Of a stretch of 64,000 nt of DNA, positions 49,035 through 60,139 are shown one piece after another. The notes under the pieces are model-generated. The model saw only the letters and a list, made by a program, of their open reading frames with translations. It was not told where the DNA came from and ran no database searches. Numbering within the stretch: position 1 is the stretch's first letter; each line of letters opens with the position of its first letter. Position numbers and translations under genes: made by a program. Source of the DNA: Camelus dromedarius (lineage: Eukaryota); contig NC_087454.1 in NCBI RefSeq assembly GCF_036321535.1, forward strand, positions 35,216,001-35,280,000, written 5' to 3'.

Positions 49035-49211
49035 ATTTTATTTTTATTTTTTAATTATTATTTAATTATTTTTTATTTTAAAAAATTTGGGGGGGGTTAA
49101 TTAGGATTATTTATTTATTTATTTATTTTTAATGGCGGTACTGGAGATGGAACCCAGGAACTCTCATGCGTGCTGAGCACACACTTCACCACTGAGCTAT
49201 ACCCTGCCCCC
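49035..49211 (-). mobile_element. vic-1-type SINE (diverged) with expanded AT-rich tail
   Basis: ggggggttaattagg..aatggcggtactggagatggaacccagg..ccactgagctataccctgcccc. Confidence 0.85.
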
Positions 49212-49399
49212 TCCCCATTTCAGTTTCTAAGTTATCACCAAGCAGATCTCGATACTTCCAAGCACCTCGGCTAAGCCCTCACGTGTGTTTTTATTTTAGT
49301 TTTTTTTCCAGAGCTCCCCTCTGGGAGCCCTCACATTCTTTTCCATATAGGCTGATCGCTCTTAGGACCTACTGCTCTGCTGACGCCTTGGAATTCCAT

Positions 49400-50110
49400 C
49401 ACTGTTTTATCCAGGGAATTTCCTCTGTCTCTGTTTTGCTGGTTCTCTGATGTCTGGATCTCAGCTCCTCCCCCTTTTAGATTTACTTCCACATTGTGAT
49501 GGATTCTTGAGAAAGGTGCACGGAAGGTAAACTGTGAAACCACGCATGTCTGGAAGCATCTTTATTCTGTCGCCCTACATGGTTGATAGTTTGCTGGGTA
49601 TGTAACTTTAGGTTGGGAATAATGTTTTCATGGCCTTTTAAAGGCATTGCTCCATTGGCTTCTTACTTTCAAGTCTGCTGTTGAGTTCAGTGCTGTTCTG
49701 ACTCCTAGTCCTTTGTTATGACCCCCCTGCCCCCACCCTCTGGTCTCTGGAAGCTTTAGAATCTTCTTATTCTGGAGTCATGGAATTTTATAATAGTCCT
49801 TGGTATCCCTCTGTACTCTGTTTCATTCGTTTCATTGTCCCTGTCGTGGGCCCTTTCAGACTGGAAAACGTGTCCTCTGCCGTCCCTGTGTCTTCTCTCT
49901 GGAATACCTGTTCGTTGTAGTTAGCGCCTTGCGGTCCGATCCTTTACTCTTCCTATCTTTTCCTCTCCTGTTTCTCCATCTCATTGTCTTTCTATTCTAC
50001 TTTCTGAGGGACTTTTTGTTAGGTTTATCTTTCATCTCTCTCTTTTTTCTTTTTTTGATTCTTACATTGATGTTGCACTAGCATCTAATTTCTGAGAGCT
50101 TATTCTTCGA
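49400..50110 (-). mobile_element. Old L1 (L1M/L1ME) 5'/ORF1-region fragment
   Basis: ..gtttgctgggtatgtaactttaggttggg..ggcattgctccattggcttct.., an antisense old-L1 pattern that probably extends left to ~48800. Confidence 0.55.
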
Positions 50111-51149
50111 AGCTTGCCTCTTAGCATCACACAGCTTCTCTGTCTCTAATTTCCCTGGGTATTCATTCCATTTTAGGCTGATGAAGTCTTCCCTGCCCCC
50201 GCCCTCGTATTTGTTTCTTCTGAGGGATGTGTGGACACCCACTCTCTTGCATGTTAAGGGCTTTTTGTCCTCCAGCGTCAGGAGAACCTCACCTCTGTTT
50301 AAATGAGATCCAGGCACTTGAAGGGGAAAAAAAAAGATGATTGGAAGCCCAGTGTGCCTGGGTGGGGCTTGGAATGTGGGGCTTCCTGACAGTGCACCGT
50401 GAGCCTGTTTCCCCACCTGGAACCTGGGTGCGGGGAGGGGGGGTTGTTAGCACTGAGCAGCCTCTGACACCACCCCCCCAACCCCCGTGTGCAGTAGGGT
50501 ACCACGCCCCTCCCTTAGCCATGCTTTCTGGTGCCTTGCCTGGTTGTGCAGGGTAGAGAAGGGGTTATGGGGACCAGCCATCCTTATGTCCATCTTCAGC
50601 CAGATCTCCTTTCTTCAGCAGTACCTGGACCTAACCTGTGATTGGCTGCTCACGCCAGGCTTCCATCTCAGCTGTGTTTTGATTCTTCCGTTGGCTACCC
50701 TTTGCTGATCTGTTTTCTGGCTTCGAGGATTTTGTTGCATGTCTACTTTGCTTCTTGTCCCCTCTCATTTTGAGTTGCCTTCGCGCCTTGTTGTCATATT
50801 TTTATGTCTGTGTTCATCTCTCTACAAATTCCTTTAATGCCATTTGAGTACCGTTTGCAGAGGGTGTGGGGCCACAGGCATGTGCTCAGAGTGCCGTGGT
50901 TAATGGAATTATCCAGAGCAGGCTCTTTTTTAGATTGGTCAGAAATGATTCTCCTCCACACGGTTGTGGAATATTTATATATTTTCTGATGCACTGTAAT
51001 GTCTTTTAAAAATGTTTGAAAAATATTTTATTCTAATTTTCAAATATCTTTAATGTTGTCTTAGCATCAATTTTTCTTAGTAGAAAATGTCACCACCTAA
51101 CTGGATAGCAGAAAGGAGTAATTACTGTTCTCATTGAGTTAGTTATTCA

Positions 51150-51302
51150 TTTTTAAAAAAGCTTTAATTTTGAAATCATTGTAGATTGATAGGAAGTTGC
51201 AGAAATAGCACAGAGATGTCCTGTGTACTCAGTTTACCCCCGCGGTAACATCGTCACGTGACTATGGTACAATATCAACATCAGGAAATTGACATTGGTG
51301 CC
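51150..51302 (-). mobile_element. Old L1 (L1MB/L1MC-type) 3' tip just upstream of exon 2
   Basis: tttaattttgaaatcattgtagattgataggaagttgcagaaatagcacagag..caggaaattgacattggt. Confidence 0.7.
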
Positions 51303-51381
51303 GTCCTCATTTTTAAAAGACGTAACTTTTTTAAATTTCATATTGGGCAAAAAAGTTTGCATTGCAACTATATGTGAGATC

Positions 51382-51513
51382 NNNNNNNNNNNNNNNNNNN
51401 NNNNNNNNNNNNNNNNNNNNNNNNNNNNNNNNNNNNNNNNNNNNNNNNNNNNNNNNNNNNNNNNNNNNNNNNNNNNNNNNNNNNNNNNNNNNNNNNNNNN
51501 NNNNNNNNNNNNN
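51382..51513. other. Assembly gap (132 N) covering most of LRRC1 exon 2
   Basis: N run ending 11 nt before a GTAAGA donor. Confidence 0.95.
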
Positions 51514-51524
51514 ATCCCGGAATG
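51407..51524 (+). CDS. LRRC1: LRRC1 coding exon 2 (mostly inside the N gap; only 51514-51524 is sequenced, start inferred)
   Basis: Right after the gap: A TCC CGG AAT G|GTAAGA = ..S-R-N plus a phase-1 donor. This matches the end of the recalled exon-2 peptide [39 protein letters not shown] (39 codons + 1 nt = 118 nt), which fits inside the 132-nt gap and gives an inferred start of 51407. No other copy of this peptide was seen in the window. Confidence 0.75.
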
Positions 51525-53067
51525 GTAAGAAAAAGATTCCACTCGAATTGTCCGTTTGTTTCTTCTGACGCCGGGGGCCGTTCTCAGTAAGTACAGCTGG
51601 CTGCGTGCTACCAGAGGTGCTTTTCCCCTGATGCTTGCAGGAAAGCTACCCGTCCATTTGAGGGTGAAATTAAGGCCATACTGAAAAGCTCAGTCACCTT
51701 TTAGGTGTTTCCTCCAATATTCCACGGCACAGTTTTTGAGACGCCAACTTTCTCAAAGTGGGGTTGCTCTGATTCACAGTGGTGGAGAGTGGACTGGGAA
51801 AGCCACAAGCTTGCCTCTTCATGTTACCGGGTGTGACAGTGAGGGCTGGTGGTTCATCCTGTGTCCCAATCCTGCGGGCTGCTGAGGTCAGGGGAGCCGC
51901 CCCGGGAAGGACTGCTTTCTCCCGGCGGTGGCCCCGGTACCAGGGGTGCTCCTGTGAGCATCCGCCTCCCTGCAGTGAACGGACCTGTGTGTTGTCCTTT
52001 TATTTCTAACTAAGCCGTGGTCAGGTCTGCCCACCTGAATTTGTGTGGCACATTTGTGAGTTTATTTTGATTTCCAGATTTCACTGTAATGTTTCCTTTT
52101 CATTGAGCACTTCAATAGGGTATTTCTATCCTGTTTAGCCTTTCACTTTTAAATGAGTGCCCTGGTTTAACCTTGTGTTTTAAAGCCCTTCGAGCCTTCC
52201 CCAGTGGGCTGGTCCCACTGCCTGTTGGAGCGTGTTTGATAAATTACTTTAAGTTTAAGTGGCAGCTCCCAGAGGCTGTGTCTTGAGGGATGGAATTCAG
52301 TGCTTGCAAGGACTCTGGTTTAATTTCCCCAGGATAAGCCCACATGTACTCCCTATTGTTTGTAAACATGATAATCCTTTTCTTTCTCTCGTATTACACA
52401 CCTGCTTTGTGTTTTGTTTTGTGTTCCTACAAAAATCTGTAGGTTTCTTCCCAGTGAACCTTAGGTCTGGCCCTTCCTGTCTGATGTCCTCCACAGAAAC
52501 CCCAAGGACCAGATGCAGGATTTTCTTGCGGGCTGTTGTTAAAAGACAGTGATGACCATCAGTATTTGTTTGAAAACGCAGTGAAGAAAAAATGATTTTA
52601 TCCCCCACTTTTAAAATTCCTGCCACCTAGCAGATCCTGTAAATTAGAAACTGTCTTTAGACCGAGCCGTACTTTCTTGACTTAGGGTTCTTTTTTCGTT
52701 TTATGAGAATTATTTCTTACCTTGAAGGTACTAGAAAAAGTGGAAAAAAATTTTTTCAATTGAAGGATAGTTGATTTACAGTGTGTTTGAAAAAAAGTGA
52801 TTTTGGGGGCTTGTTTTCCAATGGCATGTTTGGTTGCAGGGGCCCAGCTCAGCTTAGATAAAGGGGTTTGATTATAAAGGTGGGGCTGGAACCAACATTC
52901 TAGAAGCATTGCCACGGAGCTCACGTCATATACCATGTTCGGAGTCCCGTGGCCTGTCTTCGTGGACCTGATGTGGCACCAGCCTCTCCAGACCTGCTGT
53001 GCTGTGGCCTCTCACCCCCTTGCTAGGACATCTGGTTGCCAGCTCTAAACGACGACTGATTGACCCA

Positions 53068-53103
<36 letters not shown>

Positions 53104-54369
53104 TTGACCATCAGCCATAGCTCTAGGTCACGGGACACCCTAAAGAGTGGCCGCCCTGGGACATGGTGGCAGGCAGTGCCCTGCACTCAGCACAGATGTC
53201 GTTGACGGATGGTGTCCCTCACCCTGGATGTGGCGGGGGTGGGCATCGGAGGCCCGTGGTGCAGCTGAGGCTGTCCTGCGTCCCCCTGTCTCGGGTGCAC
53301 GTTTTCGCAGCTACCCTCTCCTGTCTTGGCAGTTGACTCAGTCGTAAAGCCTAAGAAAGAGCAGACGTGTGAGCTGAGTTATTTGGGAGGAGAGAAAACC
53401 TAAGAGCTTGAACACAGAGCCTCCAGCCCCGTCACCAACGCTGGTGGAACAGGACGCTCTGTGGGCAGGCGGCATCGTCAGCCAGCAGTTTTACCGGCTC
53501 CCATGGCGGCTGCTGCTTTTCCAGCATTCAGAGGAGGAAGAAGGGCCCCCTGCCTCTTCCCTCGCGTCCGCTTAACGCCTTCCAGTGCGTTGCTGGAAGA
53601 AGGAAAGCTTTCTCTGAGGTCGTATCAGGACACAGTGTTTTCTCTCCCCGGGATACCTCGCCCCCCCCACCTTTGTTTCCCCCTCATTTTCAGCTTCTCC
53701 TCCTGCGGTTGTTGGAGTTTTGGGGAAGGACCTTGCAGCCCCTCCGCTTTTCATCAGGCTCCTGGAGAAATGCTGAGGACGGGTGAACCGCCCCTTCCCC
53801 TGCTGGCAGACCTCGCTCTGGCTCGTGTGTGTGTACATGTGTGTGTGTGCGTGTGTGGCGGGGGTGGAGGGAGCTTTCTTTGTAGTGGTGAAAAAAACGC
53901 ACAGATGACTGAGCAGAAGAAGGTCACTGTTTCAGTCTCACCCACAGGAACACAGGTCTTGAGCTATTCCAGATCAGGACAATCTCCCTGAGTCTCCTCT
54001 CTCACCTTCTGCTGATAAAATCCCATTAATGTGAATCTCCAAGGCAGCTGAGTAGTTAAGTCAAAGTTACACAGGCCGCAGCCTGAGAGAGGCAGCTTGA
54101 GGACCCCTACTTGGCAGGGATGCAGGCATCTGGGAGGGTTTGGGGCTCGTGTCTGGAGGCCCCTGTGAGCCGACAGCCCCGGCAGAGGTGGCCTCCTCCA
54201 TCATCCGAGGCTGTTCCTTTGAGTCCTGCGCAGCTGGGTTGTAGCAGGGCCACAGCCAACGCTGGCTGCTGTCACACTGGGCTCTTTATTGGCCTCCTGG
54301 GTTCCTGATTTGCCAGAGAGCATTGCTGGACAGTGGAGGGAAAGGCTACCGAAAGCAAAGGATTATGTT

Positions 54370-54455
54370 AAAATGGAGATTTTGATGCACTGGGTCTGGA
54401 GCTTCTGCATTGCTAAGAAGCTCCCTGGGGATGCCAGCCCTGGTGGTCCACCTGC
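54370..54455. mobile_element. MER5-like hAT-Charlie MITE fragment
   Basis: gagattttgatgcactgggtctggagcttctgcattgctaagaagctccctggggatgcc. Confidence 0.5.
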
Positions 54456-57145
54456 TGGCCCACCCACCCTGCTTGCACCACCAAGGAGCAAGTTCTTAGC
54501 TGTGCCCACTTTGCAGCCTGCCCCTATCAGCGTCCCGTGGTCAGGAGCACGGATTTGCTCAGCTTCCAGCGGCCTTGCACCTGCCCACATGGGAGGTGGG
54601 AAACCTCCACGATATTCCAGCTTAAAGCCTGAGAGGCTCGAGCTGACGGAAGTTCAAGTTGGCTTCCATTCCCAGGGCAAAATTCTGCCTCTCCTGACAT
54701 TCCCTTGCTCAAGGGAGGGAGAAAAGACAAGTTTCCTGTTCCTCACCAAAAGAAACCTGCAAATGAAGAGGAGAGGAGTTTTTCCAGGCTCATTTCCCAG
54801 GCCAGGAAGAGCCACCAGGACCTCCAGACCCTGACTGCTGTGGTGTCGCTCTCTGAAGTTTCAAGAACAAAGTCAAGAGAATTGAGTGTGGAGTCAGAAA
54901 GGAGAAGTGTGAGCTGGGGGAGGGGGAGGAGGAGGTCAGGGCTGATGGGTTGGGGACAGACTGTGGGGACTTTTTCCTGGGATGAGCACAGTGTGAACGG
55001 TTCTGTCCCCAGAATGACAAGATGTGCTGGGCAGAGAGGGCTGGGGGTGGAGCCTCCACCTGCCCCTCCATGCCAGCCGCGCCCTCCCACCCCTCCACCG
55101 GTGGGTTGCTGGACCTTGCTCCGTGCAAACCCAGAGAGAGGCCAGGACACTGACCGGCTTCTCATGTCCTAACTTGGTCAGTTATTTTTTTTTTTAATCA
55201 GACAAATTAGCTAAAATCTATATAGGATTAAAGAAACCTGGTATTTCCCCATAGATTAAAGAATGATGGGAGTATATAAAATTAGTACATGAATGTGTGA
55301 TGAAAATACTGGCCAAAAAAAAGCACATGGACTTCAGATTAAGATCTGATGCTATTTTCTATGGTGAAGTGTGTACACTTTAATGCTTGGACTCTGTGCC
55401 TGTTTTCTCTGCTCACTGATTCTTAGCTGTTCCAGGCAAATGGTCTCTGGATATGTGAGAAGAGATATTACCCTATTGTAGTATCCTGCTACCCACGCAT
55501 CTGGGGCAGACTTTCCTAATGCATTGTGAATCCTGCCTGAAGGGTTAGTAATTTGAGTTTTATAGTCTATGCTGTAATTTGACTTACGTCACAGTACTGT
55601 GTCATTATCCATTTAGTTCATTTTTTTCCCCAAAGTGTGAAGCATATGCCACGAGCACTATAAGAGAGCATTTTAAGTGGTGCTGCAAAACAGCAATTTT
55701 TAATATTGAGTTGTAGTGAGGAAGTTGTACCCTTTTTCCTTCCTTTAGAAAAATTGTATTTCCTTTGGGTTGCTTTCTGTAAAATTTAATGATGCTCTGT
55801 TGCACTGTTATCTTCTGTATCTGGCAGTGGTAATAGCTTTGTATTCATATTAGTGATTCAAAAATTTTTGAATCTTCCTCCCATTAGAAAAGTCAAATGA
55901 AAAGAATGAGGTAAATCATAACACAAGTGCTCTGCCAGTGTGGCAAAAATTGTGAAGGTGAGGTGGGGATGGGTGACGTGATGGGGACCCTGATCAGCGT
56001 TAGCAAACCCCACCAAAGAGGGGGTGAGTTTATTTCTCATATGGAGCAAACCATACTGCCTGCAGAAAAAACATGGCAGGAGACCGCATGAAATCCTTGC
56101 GAATTACTTTGCAAACCTGAGTTAGCAAGAAACGAAAAGATAGTTTTAGTTCAAATCATCGTTGGCAGCCGGACATCCCTTCCGAGTAAGCAGATGGACG
56201 GCTCGTCTACCAGCAGGATGGTCGTCCTGCCAAGTTGAGATGCTCGACTCTGCCGAAATGCTTGGGCTGGCTGTCTTCTGTCCGACCACAAGCTGCTGAC
56301 CAGTGTCTGTGGTCTGTAGCTGTGGGTTTGCTTAATGAAATCTAAGGCCATCTGGAAGCCTGCTGAAACGACCTGATGTACCGTCAAGTCTTGGTGCTTC
56401 TGAGTGTGCCGTGAAAAAAGGCTCTCTCTGGCAAGCAAGGAATCCGGTGTGTCTAGAAGCCCTCCTACTTGGCTATGAACAGTTAGCCTTTTTTTCTTTT
56501 GTTTTTTGTAATAACTACATATACCCACACCAGAAGTGTGGCAGAAGCCAGTTTCAGCCCCTGCAGACTGCAGATGTGCCACGGGGTTAGTGCTCGCTCT
56601 GCTTAGCACCTGCTCCCGCTCTAGACTTAATCCATGGTTTTAGCAGGTGAGTTTCTTTGTCACAGTCGCTGCTAAAGTGTGGCAGGAGACGCGGGGTGAA
56701 GCCCACAGTGCCTGGCCACTCTGCCGCGTAGGTGGAGAGCCAGGTCATTTCCACCCCCGGCCTTTGCACACGCTGCTGCTTTCCTGTCATGAGCCCTTTC
56801 TCTGTCCTAACCCTTACCTTCTCTTTTGTTAGGAAGAGGGGTTAATAATAGAAAAAAGATAATTGCCTGCAGCTCACATTTTAATTCCAGACAATAATAA
56901 TTATTTTCAAAGTGAAGGGTGCAAAGAAATTGGGCTTCTGTCATGTTTTCTCATCACCTTTCTGTGCTACAAAGTTTTTTTTGTTTTTTTCCAGGGAGCA
57001 TTGTTTAAATGTGAGCATGCGTAGAACACTGAAAGGGTTGGAATACACTTTGCCAAGAGACCCTCCCTCCCTTTTTGGTACTATAAAGAAACATCGGTGA
57101 TATTTTCTCAAATAAACCTGAAAAATCTATCACAAATTAATGTCA

Positions 57146-57148
<3 letters not shown>

Positions 57149-57176
<28 letters not shown>

Positions 57177-57298
57177 GCAGGGGGTAGGTAATTAGGTTTA
57201 TTTATTTATTTGGTTTTTTGATGGAGGTACTGGGGATTGAACCCAGGACCTGGCGCATGCTAAGCACACGCTCTACCACTTGAGCTATACCCTCCCCC
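57149..57298 (-). mobile_element. vic-1-type SINE with T28 tail
   Basis: Reverse complement: GGGGAGGGTATAGCTCAAGTGGTAGAGCGTGTGCTTAGCATGCGCCAGGTCCTGGGTTCAATCCCCAGTACCTCC..AAATAAACCTAATTACC plus poly(A). Confidence 0.92.
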
Positions 57299-57906
57299 CA
57301 TACAAATTGCTAACTCCAAAGGGAAGTTTTGACAACAGTGCCTTGGCTGACAATGGTTTTGGATCTCTCTCAGTTTGTTTTGCATCTCCTCAGACCAGTG
57401 GTTTCACTTTTTATAGTGGACTGGATTTTAAAAAACATCCAAACATTACCTAATGCCAATTTAGGAAATAAACAAAGACACTGACGGTCCTTTATGTTAC
57501 TCAAAATCTGCCTCAGGGAGCAATTCCAAAGAAGTGTAACAGAGTAAACTGTTGTTAATCTAATATTAATTAATAAAACTGCTGTTACTCTTAATTAAAG
57601 AGTGAAAAATGATTGTTACTCTTTATTAAGTAATTCAGAGGTTGCTTTCCTCTTATCAGAAAAATTGTGACTGTGCTGAATAGGTTGTGAGTTTATGTAA
57701 CTTTCTCTCTCCCTCTGTTTTTGAATTAGCAGGTTTGTCATAGAGATGTGCCCTCTGAGTTTGAGATCAACACCTCTGAATGTATTCTGTAGGTCAGTAA
57801 GCTCCTCAGTTGGTCTGGGTTCTCCCCCCACCCCCGCCCCGCGTGGGTCACTCGCTCAGCCTTCACCTGCTACGCCCAGTGCCAGATGCTGGATTTTCCA
57901 AAACAA

Positions 57907-58020
57907 GGGGGAAGGTGTAGCTCAAGTGGTAGAGCGCATGCTTAGCGTGCATGAGGTCCTGGGTTCAGTCCCCAGTATCCGCCTCTAAAAATAAATAAAC
58001 CTAATTACCACCAAAATAAA
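57907..58020 (+). mobile_element. vic-1-type SINE (sense)
   Basis: GGGGGAAGGTGTAGCTCAAGTGGTAGAGCGCATGCTTAGCGTGCATGAGGTCCTGGGTTCAGTCCCCAG..AAATAAATAAACCTAATTACC, with Pol III A and B boxes recognisable. Confidence 0.92.
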
Positions 58021-59280
58021 ATTATTAAATAATACAAAGCAGTGTTGGACTTACACGGACTGGGCTGAGTTGAAGACACAAAAATAATTGCAGCGGTCTC
58101 TCCTGAAATAAAACAAAATCCCAACACGTGGGATGCTAGTCTCCACTCGCTGTTTAGGCAGTTGACCAGGGTACCGACTTGACAGTCTCCAGCTGTAAAA
58201 GTGCTTGTTGAGGGCGAGTGGCCACGTGGCTTCCCTCGGATTTTGAGGTCACCTCGTTTGTCATGTGAATCGGGCTTGAGCCAAGAGACAGGGCGTCTCC
58301 AGGCAGCCGAGGGCCGGATGGCACCTCTCCACGAGGATGGCGACGGCTTAAGATGCTGTTGTGAGCACAGACAGTGCTCTGAGCCAATTAAGCCAGAAAA
58401 GACACGTCTCAGAGAGGGATGAGGGAGCGGAGGAGGAAAGAGGGAACGAGGGGCAGGATTCAGAACCGACACTTGAGGATTGTATATAGAAACGCTGGGG
58501 TTTTAGATTAGCTTTGTAAGTATTGACAGTGTCCTCAATCTAACACACCTGCTCAAAGCTAATAATGAATTACGATTCTTAAATCTTTTCAGTTTGGAAA
58601 AGCCTTGGACCCAGGTCTTTTTTTTTTTTTTAATGCTTATGAGTGTCAACGATAGTTCATAATACAAACGTATACAGCCAGACACAGATGGATGGGCTCC
58701 CGTTTGCTAATAGCACAAAACCTGTGCGAGATGCGTGAGGTTTTTTAACTTGAATTTTTTCTCAGCAAGCTCCGAGGTAACACTTCTAGGGTAACTGCTG
58801 TGCTGTCTTGGCAAAAGATTGGTGTATTGCCATAGAACAAGGAAAGCCAAATGCTGAGAGTGTCAAGGGTTTTATGTTTGAAAGAAGAGGAAAGAGATTA
58901 GATAATGTGAAGGTCCCGGGTCCCTGGGAAGCGGGTGTGGCTTTGTCTCTCATGGCCGGTGGGTCTTGCTTTCACTTACTTAACATAGGTTTGTGGGCAC
59001 CGTCCTTACCATTGTTGTCAAACATTTAAATGTTTTAACAAGGCGGATGCATCACTAACTCTTGCCTTTTCGACTTTCTGGGGGAAACATGACGTGGCCT
59101 GTTTAGCACAACAGGGCGCTGTAGGCGTGGAAGGCAGGGCTGGCCTCGGCCAGGTAACCGGCCAGGTAACCAGCAAGGTGGGAGGTTTCCAGAGGGTGTG
59201 AGACGTTAAAGGCCAACCAGACAGAGTAACGAAAGAGGTGAGTCAGCGATTTAGAAGTCTCTACCTGATGTCGGATTCTT

Positions 59281-59770
59281 GTGTCGAAATAAGTCAGGGA
59301 GGCACGGTCACGCCCCGGGCCTTGTGGAGATGGGGGTACATGGGGAAGGAACCGGGGCAGAAGCGGGCCAGGCGTAAAACGCTCAAGGGCGTTTCAGGGC
59401 CTGTGAAGCGGTCGGTTCTGTACTTACCCGACGTAGGTTTTGTTTGTGAAGGTGCTCGGGGCAAGTGCCACCACGCGGCGGTCCACGCGTCGACCGTTTG
59501 CCTCTGCTGTTCACCCTTTGTTTGATGGTCTTGCAGAATGTGAACCAAGAGGCAGGGCCGATGGGGCGGGGCAAGATGAACACGGGGTCTGGGCGTGTGG
59601 ACAGACGTGGGGGGGCCCGAGCCAGGCACTTGACGCTCGGCCACAACAAAAGGCAGGGCCCCCCCCCTCCTGAGTAGCACCCGGGAGAGGGGCGCTGAGA
59701 TCCCTCCGGGCAGAGGCCCTAGCTAAGCCGGGGGGGGGGGTGGCAGGCACCCTGCGGAACCGCGTGGGTC
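59281..59770. promoter_or_regulatory. Small intronic CpG-island-like element
   Basis: About 36 CpGs in 490 bp by hand count, GC-rich, with GC box GGGGCGGGG at 59563-59571. Confidence 0.55.
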
Positions 59771-60139
59771 ATGAGTGTCCCTCCCCTCCCCATCTGACAC
59801 GGACTCCACATCCAGGCCCCCGCCTCAGCTCTACCAGGGACCAGCCAGCCTGCAGGTGTGACCAGTTGGAGCATGCAGAGGGCTCCCTGCGGCCATCGGC
59901 TCTGGTCTTCTGGAGTGCTCCCCTCCTGCCAGTCGAAGCTGCTCTTCTTTCTAAAATCCCTCTTGGCTGTGCCAGCAGCCGCTCTGACCTTCCTCCAGGA
60001 TCCAACGGGAAAAAATAAACTCAAAGAAGTGTTCTAAATAAAGGTGGCATGGTTCACGGTGAAATGTACAACCAGGCACTGGTGAAGTCCTGGCTGGAAT
60101 GTGTGCTTCCCTGAGATAAGGGACAGAGAGCAGGACACT

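Noticed and set aside
53072-53100. Orphan T29 tract as a poly(A)-only retro-insertion
   Set aside because: No retroelement body and no convincing target duplication; treated as a simple homopolymer.
57907-57985. tRNA-Ala(AGC) gene: D, anticodon and T arms all fold perfectly
   Set aside because: The acceptor stem has two mismatches and two G-U pairs, the sequence runs into the SINE body and A-rich tail, and four diverged sister copies occur in the window. It is a vic-1 SINE.
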